The translations under genes and the position numbers were made by a program. Shown here in pieces: positions 30,001 to 37,721 of a stretch of DNA of 64,000 bases. Under the pieces are notes generated by a model. The model was not told the DNA's origin, ran no database searches, and saw only the letters and a list, made by a program, of their open reading frames with translations. How positions within the stretch are numbered: the first letter of the stretch is position 1; each line of letters starts with the position of its first letter. This stretch comes from a virus (Duplodnaviria > Caudoviricetes): IMG/VR virus record IMGVR_UViG_3300029288_000079, positions 96,001-160,000 of that record. One strand, written 5' to 3'.

Positions 30001-31616
30001 AATGCAAATCCTGACCGACTATACCATATCTGACTTGGTTGTGCTTCTTTTATAAATTTCTCTACAGCAGCTTCATTAGCAGCAGTAGACTCAAAAGATA
30101 ATTTATCATTCACAACTTCTAAAAAATCTTCCCATTTATTGTATGGAAATGTATTTGTAGCTCCATGAAAATGAACATATACTCTTCCTGTGTATAATCC
30201 TCCACAATCATACTCATATTCATGATCAGGCAAAATTTCAATAACTTTTCCTACAGATCCCTGAAAATAAGAATCTACATCAATATTATCTAAATAATTT
30301 CTATCAGCTATGACTCGAACAATATCCCCTTCTTTTATGTTAGTAATAATATCCCAAGACTTCTTATTATTATTAGAATCTATGAGTGTAACCCACCTAT
30401 CATAATCTGGAAGAGGTATGATAAAAGATATCATATCACCCTCTACGTCTTTACCTTCTATACGCATGGCTCCTGCATGTCCTTCGGAAGAAAACCATGA
30501 ACTACTTTTTTTCACAATTGTAACTACAAAATCATTTTTGTCAAAGAGATTACTAAACGTAACAGGATCTGAATATGCTGGATCCTTAATAATCTCATGT
30601 AAATTTTCAGGTATTATGGAAAAGTGGTCCCCAATTTTAGGTACATACAGTTTAATGTTCCATTCTTCAGAAAATCTCAAACTACTAGTAGTTTCTTGTG
30701 TATATTCCCATATATCTTCTTGAGCTTTAGCTAGTAAACTATCAAAATCAATATTCTTATTAGTTCGTTTAGCAGCTTGTCTTGCATATTTTATAGCATT
30801 AGCAGCAAAAAAAGCAGCAGCATTATCAGAAAAAAAAGCAGCAGCATTATCAGCATAATAAGCAGTAGCATAAGCAGCATAATAAGCAGTAGCATTAGCA
30901 GCATAAGCAGCAGTAGCAGCATAACCAGCAGCAGCATTAGCAGCAGAATAAGCAGAATAAACTTTATCTCTATTTTCTTTACTAGGATTCTTAAAACAAG
31001 TTTTTGCTGCTTCTATACATTTTCTAACTCTATCATCATTAGGATATTGCTCTTCATAAATACTTAATACAGCTTCTGCACAGTATATAGCATAAAGTAA
31101 ATTTACTTTTTTAGGATCTACTTCTATAGGTTTAATGTCCCAGGAGAGAGTATTTGAATCTCCTTCAAGATTTATAATATCTGCTTTTATAACAGCCCAA
31201 TGTTTATTTGCATCACCGAAAGCATCTTCACATGTGGGCTGATTATCCCAATCTACAAATACAAAATCCTGGCCCTTCATTAAATCCATAACCACACCCG
31301 TAGAACCATATGAGACTTCACAACTATAATCAATGGTCCCCCAATAAGAATTTCGATCTTTCTTAATCCATTTAACTCTATCACCTATTTCAAACTGGCC
31401 CGGCTTTCTAATCGTAACTATGTCCCATGCACTTACAGGAGTTCCATATTCCTTAACTTTAAATAATTCCTTATCTTCTCTATCCAAATCTGGAAGAGCT
31501 AGATCTGTATTCCAAGGTTCTTGAAAATCTAAGGAATTATATCCAGGGGCAGGAGACTCCTTTTCAAAAGGATCACCTATACTTTTCAATCTATCTATGA
31601 TAACATCTTTTGCCAT
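24051..31616 (-). CDS. 2521 aa WDI-motif polyvalent polyprotein (17 motifs) including a 2H phosphoesterase and two Imm5-like cassettes
   Basis: 17 W[DN][IL] motifs by manual count; LHMTL and PHVTL pair; about eight SH3/KOW-like modules. Confidence 0.8.
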   Translation of the reverse strand: MAKDVIIDRLKSIGDPFEKESPAPGYNSLDFQEPWNTDLALPDLDREDKELFKVKEYGTPVSAWDIVTIRKPGQFEIGDRVKWIKKDRNSYWGTIDYSCEVSYGSTGVVMDLMKGQDFVFVDWDNQPTCEDAFGDANKHWAVIKADIINLEGDSNTLSWDIKPIEVDPKKVNLLYAIYCAEAVLSIYEEQYPNDDRVRKCIEAAKTCFKNPSKENRDKVYSAYSAANAAAGYAATAAYAANATAYYAAYATAYYADNAAAFFSDNAAAFFAANAIKYARQAAKRTNKNIDFDSLLAKAQEDIWEYTQETTSSLRFSEEWNIKLYVPKIGDHFSIIPENLHEIIKDPAYSDPVTFSNLFDKNDFVVTIVKKSSSWFSSEGHAGAMRIEGKDVEGDMISFIIPLPDYDRWVTLIDSNNNKKSWDIITNIKEGDIVRVIADRNYLDNIDVDSYFQGSVGKVIEILPDHEYEYDCGGLYTGRVYVHFHGATNTFPYNKWEDFLEVVNDKLSFESTAANEAAVEKFIKEAQPSQIWYSRSGFALVLSPNHPIEYERKNDNKLILKNAVWMKPENKSDVDIEQDFGTTIVDEKYDFPLHLHSMLEDYRSALAWDIPDIELKVGDKVSLIPQSSSEIDIDNEYFDDFDKNEFEVVEINFKYNYVDEGCDVWELPKDIPNWGRGKVIIEGYNKDGNEIHFDIPLSYWQRYIEKIGSHLSWNISMDPEVPTYNSSPEDFIGWLCKRDFDNQYCVIQGIKLIGQGMGFSNWYEVAATIGVNRTEARLSKNIETFECYLTWLKPIRYIGILETLSWDISYTPEFKVGDKVKILSKSVYARPKFATMGIGLTGRIVGISEDTINSSTFYENQGEKYLGQHYYTVEYKTGVRNNVAWSFYIAQDLEFIPSIDNTASKKNEFKDEIFIYLDLPKSVRKRFNHISNLDQDLHMTLICVKDKKLTPNEKKKIVKAIQSVAKQYKKIKCKFTGLGTFDNGDNTVAALVNCIDGAEVYQKCLEAVESVIDEFDRKFGYLPHVTLKYEGNGKANLKDLKPFSWSAKEICCKFSDDEMYKVSLNSGKVKEKISKLAWDISDPKPEENWVVKLLKGPTENLEKELKSLNSIIEDAEQCFSVFDLKLREWIEQELDRRKNEDSLQDGDIREASIKVSTPESYTDKSDIDMSKDQFDQQALFFRQEDHLDITTPKDWLPGENDIKYFPSTLIHQDIDDSPSNADVARISNLALSDREASYITKKDYLDDHDRVIINLLNKFKDPEKMSWDISPAKPDISNPESFLGWMTYANLYNTYGVVVAVKINYAYRYVGFSEEDAEAFFNELLAKPELAKVIIDGGKLSFTNITTLKPIRFVGVFPFEVKASDEYDSVLDPQPEEVVRRGPTDQKQQQDPAARKLDKDDSDMWFERGLHRTLDKVNDMRPLMPYGSSLSWDLPRIPGEFEIGDRIEFIRDDEAYYVNNVEPIRKGSKGTITELRGDGYVSVDWDNFSLLSISHPGTSRLGWAVNINDIKLINENLSWDIKPIEVDPKKVNLLYAIYCAEAVLPIFESKYPNDSRPRAAIEAAKACLKNPSKENRNKAYSAGYAATAAADAAYDAAIDAAAYVANAAAYYVANAAAYAIDAAIDAAIDAAIDAAYAIKYAKRAAEQVNKNIDFDSLLAKAENDIWEYTQETTSSLRFRNNLNLSWDISPIFDPDDKDTTYKYNELPEDIQEKAIENLYDKNVDYDWWECTYDDAANIGLKITGFDIDRGSYCSGELTQSMSECIADIMRDHGNTCDTYKTALRFKESLRLLESERTEDNEYEIDGSIEDLEDEFKKALCDDYLTMLRHEYEYLTSKEAIIELIESNDYDFDTEGKIATDVLAWNISIDPELGDIANSQKEFRENARAGQVWRSKTLGSFLYIKSNPNIFIVTEDSSEISAIKAGKALSIRSSQWFGSNEDRHWKSVAISDRCYVMDEAYPMELVQVENANKTRYMHSWDIPFLQEGHIVNTLEEFLEVAAPGQVWKDDTHLGDNYLHIGPNYENFGIYDFNNNEDNLESRAVNLADSKYFSNIRPVYKIKYPKTAYAVVWESNMPMTLVKVDDNINTLAWDISNTPAWQMQDIENILTNNGRFKNKSERVVGHKTIMHRVFGDGIAIRYWSTDVVVFYGDRIIVDNGNYNTPTTKSRINFWLNKFNVPGSVFSKRGEMLYTLNYDFEHPYKFDANYRIEIGWDGIPIGNYEQLQPRQRRQRRVDPVEPETQLNLIPESEAEEPDIDMETPDHIAPEACDISASEIAIDNNIRNIYIESDINEDNYEQNIDLSQYNLFDTIVPKKESKKTEGIPTQELQHLAIHCMERHDNALPRLSWDIPDIDPKVGDKVKILSKSIGNLDPNFVKSIIGKIGYIYLIFKNSEEANRDAKGVCPAGLTKKYLEEPIYNVFISEEGSVYMLSKDIEIVDQYSEQKQSWDIPIIENEFIAGDRVRLKNDVFNFIGISEVNLAKGSEGTLLKQCGNPYYWYVILDTYTHLKDSWFIFYTDMELI
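26586..27070 (-). repeat. Imm5-like cassette copy 3
   Basis: SWDIKPIEVDPKKVNLLYAIYCAEAVLPIFESKYPNDSRPRAAIEAAK...QETTSSLRF. Confidence 0.85.
30660..31145 (-). repeat. Imm5-like cassette copy 2 (matches 14808..15293)
   Basis: Direct repeat, 486 nt. Confidence 0.9.
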
Positions 31617-31618
31617 AG

Positions 31619-34600
31619 TTATTCTTCAAATTTTAAACCACCCGATACTTCTGCTTTAGGAGTTTTACCATTATTACCATACCCATAGTCAATACCAAAT
31701 TCTAAACCCTTACTTGGTCTATATCTTTGCTCAGGATATACTGAAGGATGTCTGCATTCTGCACATAGACCTGAAGGATTACCCATCGTATTTCTACCAC
31801 ATTCTCGACATTCATGACTTAATGGAAGATTCATCTCTCTAGCTGAATGAAGCCCCCCTAATCTTTCCATTATACTATCTTCAAAAAAGTTTAGTGAACT
31901 TTCTGCTGATAAATACTGTAGCATCTTATTTATTTTTTCTATTCTCTCAATATTACCCTCGGACTTAGCTTGTGCTAATTCATCTAAATATTCATCCATA
32001 AGATGTTGCTTGTGACGCTCCAAAGATTGAGGAGACATTTGTTGATTATCAAATTTCAAATCATCATACTTTTTACGAGGATCATTATCGGCCAATCCAA
32101 GATCAGGAGTATCTAAAGTTTCCTCCCCCATATTAGGAGACCCTGCAGGAGCCAATTCATTTAAATCTGACTCATCAAATCCAAGGTCATCAATCTCATC
32201 TTTAGGATACTTTGTCTGGGATTTCAAAGCCTCTGGTAGAACAATGCTAACTACATTCTTGATCATACCAATAGCCGTCTCATCCAATGTAAGACCTTTC
32301 AAAATTCTTACTATTGCTGCATTAAAAGCCTCTGGAGACTTTAATAAAAGATCAGAGTTTTGCTTTACATGTTCTACTATTGTAATTATAGATTTCACAT
32401 AGTTTATGATTGGAAGATCCATTGGAATTTTAGAAACCTGTTCCATTTCTTCAGCCAATTTTTGAACTTCTTCAGGTTTAAGATTAAATTCCTCTTGACG
32501 TTTTGTTATACCACTAGCTATCAGCATATTTTTAGGGGCATCTTTAAGATATGGATAATCATTCAATTGCCGATCCACATATCTTAAAACCTTATCTTTA
32601 TAAACAGAACCATACACATCCCCCGAAAATTTAAGATCGGTAGAGCTATAAAGCTGTCTTGTAGAATACTTGTCACTAAAATCTTTACAAGAAGATATAA
32701 AATATTTTCCGGGAGCTGTACTCAATTGATAAACCACAACTATCTGACTATCTACTAATTTTTCCGTTATAATAGTCATAGTGCCCAATGATTTCTTAAA
32801 CTTAGTAAGCTTATTCAGATCTGTTACAGTAGCCACCGAATTAGGATCCTGTTTATCAGAACATTTAACTCCTTTACGCAAATCTAACTTATAAGGTAAT
32901 AGATCTATAGCATACCATGTTTTTGGATAGTTTTGCTTAGTAGTATTACTCCAAATGTCACTACCTGTATCTGGAGTAATATCCATCGCCGGATGAAAAG
33001 GAACTCCACCAAGTCTTAATGCAGCATAGTCATAATAAGGCCTGCGATCCTTATCATTATTTTCTTTCATGCAATCTTCAAATGTAGGCACCCAAACCTC
33101 ATCAACCCCTCCATGCTCAATAGCCCTTTTAATTATCTCAAGCATAACCATTTCAGGCCAGTCTCTAAAATAATTACGAAAAGCTACTATAGCTTTCAAT
33201 GCATATATATCTTGGCTCATCTCTGAATTAAAGCTGACATTATTACCGTTCAATTTAACATAACCACTCTTTGATAACTTATTAAAGGTATCTATAGTGA
33301 ATCCTGAAGATCCATCTAAAACATCTTGTATAGGCACTGATTTATTCATATCTCCTTTAAGGATATCATAAAGTTTTGATATAGCTAATGTCTCAGGAGC
33401 TTTTAACTCAAATGGAATATTTTTACCTTTTACCATATGTTTAAAATAGTTATCACCTCTACCTGCAGCTTGCTGTAAAGCATCGCTTTGATTCTCCACA
33501 TCTAACCATACATTACGTTTTTGAGTGGACCCCTCAACCCCACTATTATCAACTATATAAGTAGGCCTTACTCTAGCCGAAGCAAAAGCGTTCATCCAGT
33601 GTGTATTATGTGGCATCCCCTCAGTAAAATTTCTATTTTTTAAGGTATGGGGAGATGTTAAGTCTATCATATCTACAATACTCTTAACTTCCTGAGGCAA
33701 TCCATTAGGATTGGGTTCCAAAATAATACCAAATGTATTGGGATATTTTGAGCCAGCTTCACCTCCCGGAGGATTTCTCCTGCCTAAAGTAATGTCATCT
33801 ATACGACTCCCATGAGGAAATTGACTTATATCTCTTAATTGTTGCTGAAGTAGTACAGAATCACCTGCTTTACTATCATACTGTGAATTTAATAATATTG
33901 CATATATCTGAGATATCTGCTGTGCATCTAATTGATCATTGGGAAATTGTATTATAATGTTTCTTAAATTATATGCATCTGCAGGTAAAGCATCTAGTAA
34001 TGCCTGCTTGGACATTGTCCCCCTACCCGAATGCTGTTGAAACACTTCTTGAAGTTTCTGTTCTTGCTGAGTTTGTTGCTCGATCTCCATCTGTTCTTTT
34101 GAAGGTTTGTTTTCCTTTGGCCCAGATATCATACCTATAATCTTGCCCATTGATTGAGCTAGCCCCATTGTAGCTAACTCACCACTCTTATTCATTTGTA
34201 TGATGATACCTTTTGCCTCAGGAAGAGTAAGCCATTCAGCTTTCTGACCTGACTGAAGTAAATTCTCTAGATCTTGTTTAATAATTGATTTATCATCAGG
34301 TATTGCAGGCATCTCTTCAGAAAATCTCAAACTACTAGTAGTTTCTTGTGTATATTCCCATATATCATTTTCTGCTTTAATTTTTAAACTATCAAAATCA
34401 ATATTCTTATTAACCTGTTCAGCAGCTCTTTTAGCATATTTTATAGCATAAGCAGCAGCATCAGCATAAGCAGCATCAGTAGCATCAATAGCAGCATTAG
34501 CAGCATAATAAGCAGCAGCATTAGCAACATAAGCAGCAGCATCAATAGCAGCATCATAAGCAGCATCAGCAGCAGCAGTAGCAGCATAACCAGCAGAATA

Positions 34601-36265
34601 AGCTTTATTTCTATTTTCTTTACTAGGATTCTTAAGACAAGCTTTTGCTGCCTCTATTGCTGCTCTAGGTCTGCTATCATTAGGATATTGCTCTTCATAA
34701 ATACTTAATACAGCTTCCACACAGTATATAGCATAAAGTAAATTTACTTTTTTAGGATCTACTTCTATAGGTTTAATATCCCAGGAGAGATTAAGATCCA
34801 AAGAAGATAATTTCCTATTTTTATGCGTAAGAAAACCATGTAAATGCTGTAATAAAGGATCGGCTAATTTACGTTCTGCAGGTGTTAGGGGTAGAGAATT
34901 ATATTGTTTACGCTTCATACCTCCGATAACTAATGCATTAAAATCATCTGTATTATATATAGCCTTCTGAATTACTAATCCAATAGGTTTTCCCAAATTT
35001 TCACTAAAGTCTACATCTTCAGAATTATAACCACCTGAACCAGTAAAGTCTGTACCCTCAACCACATTTCTAGTAAACTTTTTAACATCTAATTGACATC
35101 TAGAAAATGAAGAATTTGTAAGATTATTTTGTGATATAGTACCTTCACTGAATATGCTACCAGTAAAGTTAACTTCTGTAGCCTTACTACCTGTAATAGT
35201 AATATTATTAAATTTACATTTAATCAATTTAGTTCCGGCTGGAATCTCTGTGTTACTTAATGCCTTACTTAGATATTGAGTACCTTTCTCATTGAGCAAT
35301 ACTCTATTAACAATTGTAGAAACAGGTGATAGTGATTTAGATTTTTTAAATAATAAATCTCGTAATATTTTTATAATAACCTTGTCATCCATAGAGTCAA
35401 ACATAATACCTGTAGTAGCTGGATCTATGCTATTAATAAGTTTACTCATGCTTTGCCTTAAAACAAAATCTATCTCCTTATGATCAGTTATATTATTTGT
35501 TTTCAATAGTTCTGTAAGGAATTTACGAATATCATTCTTACCCAAAATATTTCCTGGACCGAACTCAGACAATAAAGATCCTTTAACATCATCAAATCCT
35601 GCACCAAGAAAGCTCCTGGTAATGTCTATAACATTCTCATTGGGTATTAATATATCTCGTAGCTTCGTATGTCGAGAAAATTTAATAGCTCTTACCATAC
35701 AATTAGCAATAACATTATCTATACTACTTGCTAATTTATCACTATATTCATAATTTGGTTCAACATTATTACCATAAGGCTGAACTATTTTGTTATTAAT
35801 TATAGACCAAACCTCGGCCAATAACATAGGAAACTCTTTTTTATGCACTCCATTCTCTAAATCATCATATACTTCTGCATATTCCGGATGACTCTCTTTG
35901 AAATGTTCCCAATAAGGCATTATGGCTTGTACAGCTTTTATAGGGTTCTTAAACTTAGTCATTAATTCTTTATGAGGCTGAGAATAATCTGTAGTAAAGT
36001 TGTTATGTTGCCCCCCTTGAATACCTTCTTTAGCATCTTTAGTTAAACTAAAAGTAACATTATCAATAGTATAGAGATAACCTTTCATAATCATATCATC
36101 TATTATTCTATTAAATTGCAATATAGATGCTGTAGACTTTGCTGTTACTCCTAGCTGCTCTTTAACACTATTAAACATACTTTGTTTTGTTACAGGAATA
36201 GTTTCATTCTGTAATTGCTGAATAACTATTGGAGCAATTTGAGAAATAGTAAATGCCTTATTCAT
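31619..36265 (-). CDS. Large polyvalent virion protein (pentapeptide-like repeats, Imm5-like cassette, E-x-QSD domain)
   Basis: NFTGSIFS...NLTNSSFSRC; NLSWDIKP cassette; ASARV...DVENQSD...FRDWPEMVM...DEVWVPT. Confidence 0.65.
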   Translation of the reverse strand: MNKAFTISQIAPIVIQQLQNETIPVTKQSMFNSVKEQLGVTAKSTASILQFNRIIDDMIMKGYLYTIDNVTFSLTKDAKEGIQGGQHNNFTTDYSQPHKELMTKFKNPIKAVQAIMPYWEHFKESHPEYAEVYDDLENGVHKKEFPMLLAEVWSIINNKIVQPYGNNVEPNYEYSDKLASSIDNVIANCMVRAIKFSRHTKLRDILIPNENVIDITRSFLGAGFDDVKGSLLSEFGPGNILGKNDIRKFLTELLKTNNITDHKEIDFVLRQSMSKLINSIDPATTGIMFDSMDDKVIIKILRDLLFKKSKSLSPVSTIVNRVLLNEKGTQYLSKALSNTEIPAGTKLIKCKFNNITITGSKATEVNFTGSIFSEGTISQNNLTNSSFSRCQLDVKKFTRNVVEGTDFTGSGGYNSEDVDFSENLGKPIGLVIQKAIYNTDDFNALVIGGMKRKQYNSLPLTPAERKLADPLLQHLHGFLTHKNRKLSSLDLNLSWDIKPIEVDPKKVNLLYAIYCVEAVLSIYEEQYPNDSRPRAAIEAAKACLKNPSKENRNKAYSAGYAATAAADAAYDAAIDAAAYVANAAAYYAANAAIDATDAAYADAAAYAIKYAKRAAEQVNKNIDFDSLKIKAENDIWEYTQETTSSLRFSEEMPAIPDDKSIIKQDLENLLQSGQKAEWLTLPEAKGIIIQMNKSGELATMGLAQSMGKIIGMISGPKENKPSKEQMEIEQQTQQEQKLQEVFQQHSGRGTMSKQALLDALPADAYNLRNIIIQFPNDQLDAQQISQIYAILLNSQYDSKAGDSVLLQQQLRDISQFPHGSRIDDITLGRRNPPGGEAGSKYPNTFGIILEPNPNGLPQEVKSIVDMIDLTSPHTLKNRNFTEGMPHNTHWMNAFASARVRPTYIVDNSGVEGSTQKRNVWLDVENQSDALQQAAGRGDNYFKHMVKGKNIPFELKAPETLAISKLYDILKGDMNKSVPIQDVLDGSSGFTIDTFNKLSKSGYVKLNGNNVSFNSEMSQDIYALKAIVAFRNYFRDWPEMVMLEIIKRAIEHGGVDEVWVPTFEDCMKENNDKDRRPYYDYAALRLGGVPFHPAMDITPDTGSDIWSNTTKQNYPKTWYAIDLLPYKLDLRKGVKCSDKQDPNSVATVTDLNKLTKFKKSLGTMTIITEKLVDSQIVVVYQLSTAPGKYFISSCKDFSDKYSTRQLYSSTDLKFSGDVYGSVYKDKVLRYVDRQLNDYPYLKDAPKNMLIASGITKRQEEFNLKPEEVQKLAEEMEQVSKIPMDLPIINYVKSIITIVEHVKQNSDLLLKSPEAFNAAIVRILKGLTLDETAIGMIKNVVSIVLPEALKSQTKYPKDEIDDLGFDESDLNELAPAGSPNMGEETLDTPDLGLADNDPRKKYDDLKFDNQQMSPQSLERHKQHLMDEYLDELAQAKSEGNIERIEKINKMLQYLSAESSLNFFEDSIMERLGGLHSAREMNLPLSHECRECGRNTMGNPSGLCAECRHPSVYPEQRYRPSKGLEFGIDYGYGNNGKTPKAEVSGGLKFEE
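34314..34789 (-). repeat. Imm5-like cassette copy 4 (mosaic of copies 1/2 and 3)
   Basis: LSIYEEQYPND as in copies 1/2, followed by SRPRAAIEAAKACL as in copy 3. Confidence 0.85.
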
Positions 36266-36280
36266 ATTAACCTCTGTAAA

Positions 36281-37720
36281 TTATTTTCTACTTTTATAGT
36301 ATATATCTCTAGACTCATGGGGTAATGCCGTATCTTTTAATTTATTATAAAATGTCATAAACTTTTGTATACAATGCTTAACTTGTGGTACTATAGCTCG
36401 TGATTCTTTATTATGAGAATCATATGCTCCAGTACCAAAATTAAAAGCCTTAACCCCAAGATGTTCCATATGTGCGATATCACTATAGCTACCCTTACCT
36501 ACATGAATACCACTATCTTCTAATAGTTTTTTAGATTCTTCATCTTCGTATTGATACATCACTGCATCTGTTCCTGCACGATCAAACTCAAATATCCATT
36601 TATAGGGTTTTAGAGGTACAAAGTGTTTTGCGGTAGAATTCCCTGATTCTTCATTCTCCGTTAATAGGATATCTGCCTTGACCCCTAACTTAGGCAATAC
36701 ATCTAATATAATATAAGCCCCTAACCTGTCATCAAGCTGAGCATTATGAATCAATTCCTCTTCGTCATGTTGCAAAGTATAATAATGCTGATTATCTTGA
36801 ACAGTATCCAAATGTGCCACAGCCAATATACTAGCCCCCCTATCAATAAAGATATATATACCATCCTCAGTATCCGTAACTTCACCATATTTTTTAAAAT
36901 CTTCTATATTAGATAGAGCTATAGTCTTTAAATCATCATGATTAATCTCAGGTTGTGGCTCTGTATTGTTAAACTCCATGTTAGTATTAGGAGCTCCAAT
37001 ATGTATCTTGTTGTCAAATAATTGAAACTTCTCTGGATTTTTCTCAGCTAATGACTTTACAAATTCAACAAGCTGATCATTTCTAAAACTCATATACTTA
37101 AATACATAATCTTTTAAAATATTTGCAATAGAATTTATAGAAAATGTAGTACCACTATAATATTTTATAAGCCAATCAATAGCTTTTTGTTCATCTATCT
37201 TGTCTTCATGTGGTACATAAGTTTGACCTCTACCAAACCCCCTACCCGAGTTCTGATACTTATATTTAGGTAATCTTTTAGGTTGAGTAGGAACTCTATT
37301 AATATACTTCTCTTTATCATACCCTGGCATCCAGTCAGAACCCTTATCTATAAAATTTGCTACTTCCTCTTCTAAAATAACATAAAGATTTCCATAAACA
37401 ATATTATAATCTATATTATATACTTTTGATATATTATTTATAACATATATCATAGTTTCATCAAATAAATCTATCTTTGCCCAATCATTCAATTCTTCTG
37501 TAGGAATATTATATTGTTCCAAAAAATATTGAATAATATTACGCCACATCCTTACAGATTTAGGGTTTGAGTATAAATAATCATCTTTAGTCTTTTCAGA
37601 CTGCTGAACGGGTTGTTGAGAGGGACCCCATTCTTTCCAAATAAACTCTTTTGAAAATTCCTGTCCTATAGGAAATTCTTTATCTATATCATCACTAATA
37701 TCTATACTATAATCTACCAT
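36281..37720 (-). CDS. Protein with C-terminal M28-family zinc peptidase domain
   Basis: AHLDTV, LDDRLG, ENEESG, EFDR and DSH metal-ligand motifs. Confidence 0.75.
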   Translation of the reverse strand: MVDYSIDISDDIDKEFPIGQEFSKEFIWKEWGPSQQPVQQSEKTKDDYLYSNPKSVRMWRNIIQYFLEQYNIPTEELNDWAKIDLFDETMIYVINNISKVYNIDYNIVYGNLYVILEEEVANFIDKGSDWMPGYDKEKYINRVPTQPKRLPKYKYQNSGRGFGRGQTYVPHEDKIDEQKAIDWLIKYYSGTTFSINSIANILKDYVFKYMSFRNDQLVEFVKSLAEKNPEKFQLFDNKIHIGAPNTNMEFNNTEPQPEINHDDLKTIALSNIEDFKKYGEVTDTEDGIYIFIDRGASILAVAHLDTVQDNQHYYTLQHDEEELIHNAQLDDRLGAYIILDVLPKLGVKADILLTENEESGNSTAKHFVPLKPYKWIFEFDRAGTDAVMYQYEDEESKKLLEDSGIHVGKGSYSDIAHMEHLGVKAFNFGTGAYDSHNKESRAIVPQVKHCIQKFMTFYNKLKDTALPHESRDIYYKSRK

Positions 37721-37721
37721 C

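Noticed and set aside
14808-34789. Diversity-generating retroelement template/variable repeat pair
   Set aside because: Copies 1 and 2 appear identical, differences among the other copies are not adenine-specific, and no reverse transcriptase is present in the window.
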